A stretch of 61,208 nt of DNA, filler included, from Basidiobolus ranarum (taxonomy: Eukaryota): the NCBI GenBank assembly GCA_040143965.1. It is 20 parts of 20 records of this genome, joined end to end, with 100 filler letters (N's around TTAATTAATTAA, not from the genome) between each part and the next. Parts side by side here need not be neighbours in the genome. Positions count along the whole stretch, not along the records: positions 1 to 2,981 come from JASJQH010009690.1; positions 3,082 to 6,060 come from JASJQH010009691.1; positions 6,161 to 9,138 come from JASJQH010009692.1; positions 9,239 to 12,214 come from JASJQH010009693.1; 16 more parts are not named here. The stretch is one strand, 5' to 3'. The notes under the pieces are model-generated. The model saw nothing but the letters and a program-made list of their open reading frames with translations, made no database searches and was not told the origin of the DNA. Position numbers and translations under genes: made by a program. Of this stretch, positions 1-11,180 are shown in pieces (position 1 is the first letter of the stretch; each line of letters begins with the position of its first letter).

Positions 1-199
1 AAATGGAACAAGTCTAATTTTTTCAGTTTCTGGAGTGAAATTTCAAGATCTTGCAAAATAGTTGCACATGATAGCCTACAATCCCAGGAAAGTATGGTTC
101 AACACATGTACAAAAGAGATAGCTCAAATTTGACACATTTGCCACTAGAATGCTACTTTGTCAACTCCAAAATCTTTTGTTTCTTTGATATATTATGAT

Positions 200-2451
200 C
201 TGACATAACTGAACAACATCAATATGCTTAACCAGAAAACTATTGGTGGAAAAGTTGTTTAACATCTGAAATTTTGAGTGGCACTGACACTTGGCAAATA
301 GCTGACTTTTGTGACCATTCTTAATGAGAATGAGCTCTTTGATTTTGGCAAATTTTCATAAAGAATTCAACCAATATGACAAATGGCCTGCCATAAGTAG
401 ATGTGTCATTGCTTAAATAGACTACCCAATGGCTGAGACAACACTACTGCTTATCTTGATCGATGTCATCACAAAGTCTGTTTTGCAGCTTTCCTGGAAA
501 TACATTCATATTATTACACAAACAAATTAGGCCAAATTTAGAGGTATTTACTCTGTGTCCATAGATTGGGCTTTGTTGCTGTTATTGTGCTCAAACAATG
601 CAAAAACCCATGAGCATATTGAAAAGGGCCCCTTGATGGGAGGTTAATATACTCTGGAGTCTCATTAATCCTTTGCATTAAATCCATCACTGATTGTACT
701 GATACATTGTTGGTTATATTCACATATGGTAATACTGACAAATTCACATGGAGCATCATTTCACAGCAGGTCTGCTCCATTGGAAACTCCCATAATGTAT
801 AGCAAGGGCTTACAATCTCTAAGCATTATGAAAGATTTAGCTGGGAATGTTTTGAATACTGGCATAGATTCAGTCTATCTTCTTTAGACCTGTAATAAAC
901 TTTCTCATAGCTGATTACAAAATATTCTCACAGTTGCTGTATCTGCCTGAGATTTGCCAATGTGAGGTGATCCCATAAGAATATATTAACAGTATCCACA
1001 AACAACTCCTAATGTTGCCAATACTTATCAGGCAGAAATATTTTCAAAATTCCACTTGAATATATTCACATCCAATACTGCCAGTGTTTGCATTTGAATA
1101 GACACCTAGATGAGTGAATATTGATAGGAGTTCTGGTGAAATATGATGGTATCTTGACGTTTTCAAGTATATTCCCAATTGATTGCAACTTTGATCCTGA
1201 CTCAAATTGCTCATTCATATTGAATTTTCCACTATATAGCTGAGTAAGTAGTATTGGAAAGTAGTTAAATTGTAAGTGCATAGTGCCCAGTGGGAAGCTC
1301 TAACTCCAACTGATCCCCTTTAGTAATATAATCTTAGGCTTACAGCTAATACCAAGTTTGATGTTGGGCTGACTATTTGATGCATTGATATCAGTGATCA
1401 AGGTGATATCTAACCAAGCTGTTGATGGAAAAATCATGGAGTTAATTTTTGCATTGATATAGTAGTAATGGGTATGCCTGATAGAGTAGACTCCATTGAT
1501 TTGACAAAATCTACAGCAAGATAGTGCATTGTGCCCACAAAGACATCCAAGTTTATTGATGGTAGTAGTGTCACCCATACAAACATTGATATTAGCTTTA
1601 ATAAAATATTCACCCATCTGAACCACACTAAATAGCCATTCAAATTCTGCAATCAAGGGCTCCAAACACCTATATATAAGCACTGGTGATTTGGGTCAAG
1701 ATATGATGGATAGTATCAAAATATTGTGACTCTTTTACCATTCACAAGGCAGAAGATTTAAGTTAATTAAAATAATGGACCACAAGCCTTTTCAATGATA
1801 TATTTGTTTAGCAAGAAACAATCTAGAGCCAATGCAAATGCATGATCATATGTGTTCTCAGAGAAATGTTGACTTTTCAGTTTCTGGTAGTGATATCCAT
1901 CAAGTATATTGGTATTACCATCAGCTACATGGTGAGTACTTTGGTATTGTATCAATGATCTATATTTGGGTGATTTCATCAAAACTTTAAGATGGGGAAT
2001 GAATGGTGTGTAAGCCAAATATGAACAATGTTTACCTGATTCAGTCATTGCCAATTGTGTGCAAACAGTACATGACTTCAATTTTCCAAATCACCAGTGA
2101 AAGCCAAACAACCAGGTGGACATGAAGGTAGTTTAATTACTGAACAAAATAATAAGTCATACAATTGAAAATTGTTTTCCACTTGCACCAGGTCTGTGGC
2201 AAGCAACAGTTGCCAAACAACTGTGTTAATAGTGTAAGAAAACCAATAAACACCCGTTTGCTAAAATTGGATTGAACTCTCCACTCCTCAATAATCAAAT
2301 CTGCTTTGTTTACTATGAGTGTTATGAGTGGACTAATACTTGCCAATAATAAACAGTCTGTAACAAAACCATACTCTTCTTCTTCAACTTCTGATATACT
2401 ACCATCAGTACTGGAATAAGCAAGGTCAACATCTAGCAGCATGTCCTCAAA
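200..2451 (-). mobile_element. Degenerate CMC/EnSpm (CACTA, Tnp2/Transposase_21-like) transposase
   Basis: Broken frames carry HAFALALDCF, GD..INKLGCLCGHNALSCCRFC, TMHL and H.L....PCYTLWEFPMEQTC motifs typical of Tnp2 plus DUF4218. Many stops and frameshifts; paralogous pieces in five other contigs. Confidence 0.8.
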
Positions 2452-2981
2452 CCCTTACAAAAATAAAATTGATTTGATCCAGATTGGATCCATCCTCCAA
2501 AAGAGCAAAACTATCAGAGAACCATCACAATATTGGTGGCTTGCATTCTGCCAGGGATTTTGATGGTGTGATGGTGGTTTCCTGATGGTATTTAGACAGT
2601 ATTCATACATGTTGAAATATTGATCCTCAAATTTGGCATGCGTTATTCAATATCCAGCAATTTTTGCAAAAATATAATTTTTCAATGGCAAATTACTGAA
2701 TTTACTGCTGTAGGCATTCAAATTAATATTCATGCCTTTATTTAGTTTTTTTAGGCTTTGTATTCCAGCCATAATAAGAATCAAAAATGCAATAATCTCT
2801 TTGTGTTTAGTCTCTACAGATGCATATACTTGATTGATTAGACATAACTGAGCAACATCAATATGCCTTACCAGCAAACTAATGGTAGCAAAATTGCTAA
2901 ACATCTGAAATTTTGAATAGCACTGACACTTGGCAAATAGCTGCCTCTTGTTACCATTCACAATGAGAATAAGCTCTTGGA
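2452..2981 (-). mobile_element. Terminus and transposase 3' end of a second CMC/EnSpm copy, nested in the first
   Basis: Starts CCCTTACAAAAATAAAATTGATTTGATCC, the same terminus as at 23521, 31179 and 42248. It interrupts the LLDVDL reading frame that is continuous at 33263-33496. Confidence 0.75.
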
Positions 2982-3081
2982 NNNNNNNNNNNNNNNNNNN
3001 NNNNNNNNNNNNNNNNNNNNNNNNNTTAATTAATTAANNNNNNNNNNNNNNNNNNNNNNNNNNNNNNNNNNNNNNNNNNNN
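2982..3081. other. Artificial contig spacer (first of 19; others start at 6061, 9139, 12215, 15289, 18362, 21432, 24499, 27564, 30629, 33693, 36754, 39814, 42873, 45931, 48988, 52044, 55100, 58155)
   Basis: Identical 44 N + TTAATTAATTAA (stops in all six frames) + 44 N each time. Intervening segments decrease in length from 2981 to 2954 bp. Confidence 0.99.
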
Positions 3082-3316
3082 TAAACAAACTATTGTGTAG
3101 AATATGTTAAGGAAGGTCCCAGGAACATGTGTGCAAAGTTTGGGGCTTCTAGCACAAGTTTGAAAAATCTATATATCTGAGAACTTCTAAGTTGGCAAAA
3201 ATATTCTTAGTAATTTCCAATTGAGAATAATTGATAATATCTTAGTGAGTTATAAGATAACTAATTACTAAGTTATACACAACTATATAGGTCTTTAGGC
3301 AATGCTAATTTCAACA
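3082..3316 (-). repeat. Copia LTR family A, partial
   Basis: Reverse complement of 55460-55700; ends GCTAATTTCAACA. Confidence 0.85.
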
Positions 3317-5125
3317 GTAACTCCATGTTATCTTCACTTTTAGCAGTGTTACCAGAACTTGAAGGTTTTGTGCACATAGTACTATTGATGCTCACAGGCT
3401 TTGTGTTGAGAATGTGCCTGTGACTATCCTTTCTCTGAAGCCTCCAGCTCTCATGGCACATGAATTTGTTATGATAACTGTAGCAAATCTTTGAGCATTT
3501 GAGTTGAGGCTTGGGTAAAATATTATCTCACAAAAGGCAACATATACTACATAAGGGTGATGTTTTATGTGTATACAATCAATTTTTCAGCTGCCTCTGA
3601 GACAGTTTTGCAGATGAGGCATCAGGTGATTGTTGAAATTGGATAAATAGCAACTTGTTATTTAGTAGTTAGTTTATTCATATTCTGATTATTTTGCACT
3701 TAATTGTGTCTTTGAAAAACATGTGTTTATTGCTCTAATTGATAGAAATATCAACTAGATCACTTTACCAACTTTAACTATTTTCCCAAAAGTTCTCCAA
3801 ATAACCTCAAATCTTCACCCATACTTTACAGTAATGTTTGTGATGATTTAAGCATATTCAATAGTCCTATTTCATAATAAACTGTAAATAGGATATATCA
3901 AATGCAACAAAACTTATCTGTTTAATTCACAAATCCAAATCTTGTCCAAAACACTTCTAAATCCCCTAAACACTTTTATCAAAAATCCTGTAGGAAAACC
4001 AGCAAACAAAAGACTCTGATTGTCAGAGCCATCAACAATTGCTGTGATGATGAGTGGTTTAACATTTTGCAAATTGTGTGGACTCTTGCCCAAAATCACC
4101 TTGATTTGAGCCAATGTAGAAAAACCAAAATCCAGGCATTAGTCTGATGGTTCTTGACTTGTTTCCTGTGGCTTATCCTAAGCTTTTGCAAGCCAAAGGC
4201 AATGAGACTTGTATAGGCCTATTAACAAAACATCTCAAAAATGTACACCATTATGGACTTGGAAAAGAAAGAAAAGCAGCTAAAGAAGTACTCATGAGCA
4301 GGAAGTTACTAAACCCAAGGGAAAAGCAAAGGAGCCAGTGAGTTTAGGCTCTGCTATCCCACTAACCAAATTCTTCACACCGTTACAATCTGCATTTCCA
4401 GAGTCAGATTTTCTGGCAAAAAAGCTTAATTTCACCAAGGAACTGGGTACACCAGTTGGAAGAGTGGTAAATTTGCAAGTTTATCCAACACCTGGCACCT
4501 CTCAACAAGCCAAAACACCAGCAAATAAAACTCACAGCTGTTCAACCTCAACTGGTACTTTTCAAAGTGTTGAAATTAGCCCCAAAGCTAAAGGCAAGCA
4601 AAAAGCCATACAAGCAATGCAAAGCACCCTTAGTAGTGTCACTCTACAAGGATGTACAAAAATAGTCAAACTGCTTAAGGAGTATTTTAAAAAGTATGAA
4701 GGGAAGAATGCAGTGCATGTGTGCACAAAGTGGCTTCAGAAGTAGAACATTCAACTTGACATTTAGTCTGCTGTTGACTGTATCATGAGTAAAAATTATG
4801 AAGCTATTGTACAGATAATAATGAAGCCATGTTGCAAGTAATACAGTGTTCTGAAGCAACTAGTCATCAATTAAAGAGTCACTCAACAATAATGAAAGAC
4901 TTTCAGATTAATGTGCTTTGAACTATGGCAACATAAAGCTCTCACTGCCCAGTTTCATAATGGATTTCAATCAATCCCTTGCCACACATATGAGGATCCC
5001 CATGACAATCTAGCAGAGGAGTATGTATGTTCAACCATCAAGTCTGTACAATGGTCAAAAATTGCTTGGGCACAAGAAGTAGAAATCAAACAGGAACATG
5101 CTGGAGCAAGCTGTTTAACATAAGG
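3317..5125. mobile_element. Internal part of the CMC/EnSpm element: transposase N-terminus (minus, 3317-3461) and second ORF (plus, ~3990-5125), split by LTR B
   Basis: 3317-3461 (GNTAKSEDNMELL) matches 31940-31990 and 33070-33230. 4000-4780 matches 29550-30380 and, inverted, 40180-40770. Confidence 0.65.
3631..3981 (+). repeat. Copia LTR family B (solo)
   Basis: TGTTGAAATT...CCCCTAAACACTTTTATCA, colinear with 9783-10133. Confidence 0.85.
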
Positions 5126-5512
5126 TTTGCATTTGGCAGTTCTTGCCTCTTCAACCATGGTAAAAGCTTCATCTCATTTGACTGGCAGCCGTGACATCTA
5201 TTGCATGGCAGAATGTGTTGGAAGATATAGTCTAGCATGAGGTTCCTGTTTGCCTGTTGTGGCTTCTTCAAGAGCAGCAAGAGCTTCACTGTCTTTCTCA
5301 AACACCTGTTGTCTTGGTCTTGTGGACATATGAATTGTAATGGATTGCTGTCTTAGTAGATTGCTCTCAGGTGCCAAATCTTCATCCAACATAGTGGAAT
5401 GTTCCAAAATTTTTGCAGTTGGCTATTGTTGCTGTTGCGCAGCAGTACATGTTAAACCAGTATGGCTTTCTGGTGGCATGCTCCCTGGAACTGACTCTTC
5501 TCCAGATGTAAA

Positions 5513-5794
5513 TGTTGAAAGTCTGGTGACTTGTGGTACAAGCAGTAAATCCCAAAGAGGAAAGTATTGAGTATGGTGACTGCTTCTGAACAAAAAGTCT
5601 AAGGCCAATCAGTTGCTTGTATAGCTGAAATGCCAAAGTACCATATATTGTCACACTAGGTTAAGGTTCCCTAGCAATACAGGCATAGCATACAAGGACT
5701 GGTAGCTTAGTGGTTAGAGCACCTTGCTAGAGTGAAGGAGGTCCGAGGTTCAAATCCTGGCCAGACCAATATTTCTCCCTAAATAATTACAATA
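5513..5794 (+). mobile_element. Solo LTR carrying a tRNA-like sequence (copy 1)
   Basis: Termini TGTTGAAA...TTACAATA; perfect 5-bp TSD GTAAA (5508-5512 and 5795-5799); colinear with 57688-57968. Confidence 0.9.
5696..5768 (+). tRNA. tRNA-like cloverleaf (probable pseudo-tRNA / Pol III promoter) inside the LTR; nominal anticodon AGA
   Basis: GGACTGG-TA-GCTTAGTGGTTAGAGC-A-CCTTG-CTAGAGT-GAAGG-AGGTC-CGAGG-TTCAAAT-CCTGG-CCAGACC-A is 73 nt with A and B boxes. Single mismatches in three stems; the short variable arm does not fit a true Ser tRNA. Confidence 0.75.
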
Positions 5795-8613
5795 GTAAAA
5801 AGCTCACTGGTTAGTTTAGTTAAATCAAGTAATTTGTGCACTATGATGCATGAGAATGCAGGCCATCCTCTTTCTGGTTCTTCATTGACTGCTTGCTCTT
5901 CATCAAAAACAGGGAAAACATCACAGCCTCTTCTAAGCTGGCTTTGCTGTTGATGCGTACTACTAGCTGATGAATCAACTTATTGGGCTCTTGCCCTTTT
6001 TGGGGATTTTACCTCAATTCAAGTGGTTAGTTGTGTAGATTCTTCTTGATACCTTGTCAGNNNNNNNNNNNNNNNNNNNNNNNNNNNNNNNNNNNNNNNN
6101 NNNNTTAATTAATTAANNNNNNNNNNNNNNNNNNNNNNNNNNNNNNNNNNNNNNNNNNNNCTCTCAATCAAATCTCGGTGGATCAGCCAAATCCTTTCGC
6201 AGATTGAGGATCACGCACCTTGACACTAGTCGATTAATTGGGTGAATCGTGGATTTGAATTGTTGCTCAGGATCCCGAGTGAAAATATATTTTGACATCA
6301 GACCCCGATCCAAAAGAAATATTTGGATGATTAATTAACCTGAAGTTAAAGTGTTCCAATGAAAGCTTTCGTTTCAAGAACGGCAAAATTTCACTAATTA
6401 ACATCGACGAATGCATTTATCCAAGTCTAACCTTATGTACCATAGGGCTAGTCCATTACTATCATTGATGCTGCCTTTACAATCGAGGTGTATCTCATGG
6501 CACCAGTTTTAGCAGCTGAAGAAGTGAAATTGTCAAGTTATGAATACATGACTTCTATGCATCTGAGCATCATACCAAAAACTGTCACAGGTCACGTGAT
6601 TTAGCTACCTATAGGGAAATGTTCCGAAATTCAATTTATACTTCCCTCATGAGCATCCAACCGATCTCAGGAAGATGTGACTCCTCATTGGACTGGTCTG
6701 CAAGGAATGCCTTAATTGGCTGACTCAAAAGTAGTTGAATCCGAGAAACCTTCCCTAATATATTACCATGATCCAATCCACTGGCTAATATGCTTACAAC
6801 TTCTGTTCTGGAGTTTAAAACCCTGCTCACCAGATTCTAGGAAAGTAAAGTCTTGATATGGTAAGCAACGGTTCATCCCAGACTGATTGCTGAAGCAAAG
6901 ACCCTTCTTGAAGATCATCAACCTAATCTGATATTGGTGTGTCAATTGGCTGTCGAGTGATTGTTTAATATATGTAGATTATAGCTATGCAGATATTGCT
7001 TAAACTTTCCTTTGGTACCAAGTAAGGAAGGCACCCGAACCACAGCTCTAATCTAGAAGGCCACGACGGTTGAGTACCAATGCCGAGTGAACTGGGTTGG
7101 ATATCCTTGGATGTACTGATGAATGATATATTTGGGTTTGCATCCATCAGAAGGAATTCCTCTTCATACTATACACTGTTTAGGTAGTACAGCGGTGGTT
7201 TGGAAGATTGGAACTACACCTAAGCATGTGGCGGGAGTTTCATATGCTCTTTATACAGTGCAGCTGCATACTTTGGCTCGACCTTTTTATATATCAGTGT
7301 ACTTATTGGATGACCGAAAACCCTCAAAGCCCAAGCGGTCCTCGAGAACATCATCAATATTACGATATATCTCCGTTGAGGCCCAGAGTCAGGGCGGAAC
7401 GTTGACACACGTATGATAGAGTATAATTGCAGTATGCCTTGACACGCACCCAATTTCATTGTTTTCAATCCCAATTAGTATTCCATTTTGGATAACTATC
7501 TGATGAGTTCGATCATAGAAATGCTCTGATTGAAATATGGATGAATGAAGAGCGATCGCAGAGGATCAGCCTAATACCACAAAGGCTGAATCAGAGCTGC
7601 CAATGGAAGGAACTTTAATGCAAATTAACTATGGAGACCAAGATTAATTGCATTGGTTGCTACCCATAGCAACTCGTATTCCAGAACAAGTGAATTAGTT
7701 GCCTTGAAGCTAATTGGAATGTAAGTATTCACAGATTGCACAAATCAGACGAATCTTGCCCTTAGTGGCGCTTAGGGATATACCCTGCCAGTAGACATCC
7801 AACTAGGCAAGAATGCACCGAGTAATCTGAAAGAGTGCCGGTACACGGCCTGGAAAGAACGTGCATTCTCTCTATTGTCTTCGCCTCTTTTTCGCGTTTG
7901 GTAGCAGTGTATGGTTGTCACCCAAATTTGAATTCAATCGCCTCAACACTCTCAATTCACAATGTCGGCAATGTATGACAAACTGTTGGCTCATTGGATG
8001 AAGTCCCTGTGATCGAACGTTGACTCCTGATACCAAGCGTGGATTGCGTAGAGAATAGCGTTTGATATACCCCAATCTGTGTTGATCAGAAACCACAACC
8101 TATCTAAGCCATCCAGTACTCTTTTTCGGAACTCTTCATCCGTAATTAGGATATGACTTGATTCGTGGATCTTCCTAGTGGAGTCAAATAGTTGTTAAGC
8201 TCTCGATCACACGAGGGGTAACCAAGTCCCAAAACAATACCAAAATTATCGACACTATTGGAGGTAGCTGGAAGGCTCGGATTGTTAAGAATTCGTAGAA
8301 GACATACCATACGTTCGCCGATTAATTTAAAATATTTTAAACATCTAGAGTTTTTGGTCAACAGACTCCTAAATAGAGAATGCTTGGCCAGAGGAGGAAA
8401 TCACCCGATTCATACGGGTTCTTAAGATTGATATTACCGTTCAAGTCAGCAAATGTATCCCAAATTTGCTTGTAGAACTTCGTGACAAACCATTTCCATA
8501 AAGAATTCGATCTCTAAGGGAAAATCTTCGAATCGTTAAACTTATAAAAGCTGCGAACGATGCATGTTATTTCCACACCAAAAACAAAGTCTGAGACTTC
8601 AGTTTCTAAAGCA

Positions 8614-9138
8614 ATGATCATGTTAAAAGCTCTTCTCTCCGCTATTACCTTAGCCTGTTGTGCTATTTCTCTCGCTGATGCGCGCGTCAATTGTCCTAAC
8701 GGTAACGGGGTGTACTGTGGAAGTGTATTGGGTATGACTTTGCTTGATCCATAGCTGCTTGTGATATTATAGTTACTAATTTGTCACTTTTTACTTTTTC
8801 ATAGGCCTTAAAGCCAATTCTCTTTACGACTGCAAATCGGATCGCTGGAGCTGGAGTTATCACCCTATAGAAAGCTGCCGTAACGGCTGTGTTGTCGCTA
8901 AAGCTGGCACTCCTGATCACTGCCAAGGCGCTGATGAAACTGGTGATGACAACAAGGATGATAATGGTAATGACGGCAACGATGGCAACGACGGAAATGA
9001 TGGAAACAATGGAAATGACAAAAATGATAACACTGACACTACCAACGTTTCCAAGTTTCCTTTGGAGTTCCGCTTCAGAAATGGACAATGCACTGATTGG
9101 GCTGATGCTCGCTACGCTCAAATTACTGGTCATCATAC
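8614..9138 (+). CDS. Secreted protein: signal peptide, six-Cys N-terminal module, Gly/Asn/Asp linker, start of CHAP domain (3'-truncated by contig end); exons 8614-8731 and 8805->9138
   Basis: GTATGA...TACTAAT...pyrimidine tract-TAG intron at 8732-8804. Spliced frame is open: MIMLKALLSAITLACCAISLADARVNCPNGNGVYCGSVLGLKANSLYDC...CRNGCVVAKAGTPDHC...(DGN)n...FRNGQCTDWADARYAQITGHH. Confidence 0.85.
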
Positions 9139-9238
9139 NNNNNNNNNNNNNNNNNNNNNNNNNNNNNNNNNNNNNNNNNNNNTTAATTAATTAANNNNNN
9201 NNNNNNNNNNNNNNNNNNNNNNNNNNNNNNNNNNNNNN

Positions 9239-10133
9239 TGAGAGGAATGGAAGATCTAGTTCTGGAATACTCTGGCACTCCTGACGCAGGAAAGTTTGAA
9301 GGCTACAGTGAGGGAGACTAGGTAAGAACTCTTGTTGATTGCAGAACAACAAGTGGGTACTCTTGTCTCTACGGTAATGGAGCCATAACTTGGAATAGCA
9401 AGAAGCAACCAACCATAGTACTTTCCACTACAGAAGCAGAGTATATTGCTGCCTCTCCTACTTCACAAGAAGCTATGTGTTTAAGTAAGTCATTTCTCAA
9501 CTTGGAATACATGTAAAGATGTGCTTTTACTGTAATTGATGATAATCAAAGTTGTATTTCATTAGCTAAAAACCCTACCTTTCATGCTAGAACAAAACAT
9601 ATAGATATTAGGCAGCATTTTGTTAGGGAAACAATATGGAATGATATAATTGAGCTTGTCCATTGCCGTACTGAAGAAATAATTGCTGACACCTTAACCA
9701 AACATTGAGCTAAAGCACAATTTGAGTTATTGAGATATAAGTTAGGTTTAAGAGAAATACAAAATAATTAGTTAAGTGGGAATGTTGAAATTAGGTAAAT
9801 AGCCACTCATTGGTGAGTAGTTGGTTTATTCATATTCTGATTATTTAGCACTCAATTCAGCCATTCAAACAAGTGTTTCTTGCTCTTAGTGATAGATATA
9901 TAAATTAGTTCTCTTTCACCAATTTTCACTATTTACACAAAACCTGTCCAAATCACCTCAAATTTTCACCCATACTCAACAGGCATTTTTGTTATGATCT
10001 AAGCAAGTCCAATAGTCCCATTTCATACTAAACTATAAAGAGGACATATTCAATTTGATAAAACCTTATTGTCTAATTCACAAAATCTAAATCTTGTCCA
10101 AATCACTTTCAAGTCCCCTAAACACTGTGATCA
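9239..10133 (+). mobile_element. Copia 3' end: RNase H remnant, polypurine tract (PPT) and 3' LTR B (9783-10133)
   Basis: W.SKKQPTIVLSTTEAEYIA, DNQSCISLAKNPTFHARTKHIDIRQHFVRE and ADTLTK motifs, then AAGTGGGAA directly before TGTTGAAA. Confidence 0.92.
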
Positions 10134-11178
10134 CTTCCAACCATTATATCTATTAAACTACCTACCATGGATTGCTAATGGAATTCCTGGCTTTGATTTG
10201 ACCCATTTTCAGTCAAATCAGATGAAATATAAATTAAATTCACATTGGAATCCATTGTAGTTGATACAGGATTGATATCTTCCATGTTGAAGCATTTTAG
10301 AATGTTTAGGATGTTTCTAAACTTAATCAGCTTAATATTCTGGTGGGGTTTATCTCTCTTAATTTGAGTTCCAGGAAAATAACTTAATTCATCCATAGCG
10401 GCAATCTGAAATTGGCTCTATAAGCTGCTTTTTGTCTGATCAAATGCTTCTTAATCATTTGTGGCTACAATAAAGTTTTTCACATTTAGTGCCAAGATGT
10501 GGATCTTTTTTCCAGTTGGTTTAATGTAAATTCTGTATTCTGCTGTGCTTTTTTGCAATTTGGTGATTCTAAGTTGGTATCTATCTTGTTGCACCAAGCC
10601 CTAGGTATTTGCTTGAGTCCATATAGCAATTTTTGCAGTTTCTACACCTCATTAGGGTATTTTTGGTCAACAAATCCATCTGGTTGCTCCAAATAGATCC
10701 CTTCTTCTAAATTCCTTTCATAAAGGCTGTTTTTAAAGCCATTACATATCAATCAAGGTCATGGACAGCTGAGAGCTCCAGGATTGATCTATTGCAGCTA
10801 AAATTAGTTTCTGGGGCAACAGTATCAGACACATCAACTCCTGGATTGTCAAAATAACCTTTTGCCACCACTCTTGCTTTGTGCATCTCTATGATTCCAT
10901 CAGCTTGGTTTTTTACTTTATAAGCCAAGTTTTAACCTATTAGCTTTCTTTCTGATGGTCAAGGACTTGAAACCTATGTTCTATTGTCATGGAGTGAAGA
11001 AACTGCATCAGAAATTGCTTTTTCCCATAATTGTGATACTGGAAACTCCAGAGCTTGATCTAGAGTCTGTGGCTTGTCACAGAATGCTGCATATGCATAG
11101 ACATTTTCATTGGAAGTGCTCCACCAGTTCTATGGCCTATTCCTCCTTCTGGGTGTTCTTCTAAGTGCTGCATGACCT
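10134..11178 (-). mobile_element. Degenerate copia reverse transcriptase fragment
   Basis: HKARVVAKGY, LEEGIYLEQPDGF and KLLYGLKQ motifs with stops and frameshifts. Confidence 0.85.
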
Positions 11179-11180
11179 TC

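Noticed and set aside
5696-5768. Functional tRNA-Ser(AGA) or amber (CTA) suppressor tRNA
   Set aside because: Stem mismatches, no long variable arm, anticodon differs in the second copy, and CTA is out of register in the 7-nt loop. Best read as TE-borne tRNA-derived sequence.
8696-9194. ORF-track proteins 8696-9136(-) and 8889-9194(+), hydrophobic or Met-rich
   Set aside because: They are shadow frames of the GAY-GGN-AAY linker; the spliced third frame gives the coherent protein.
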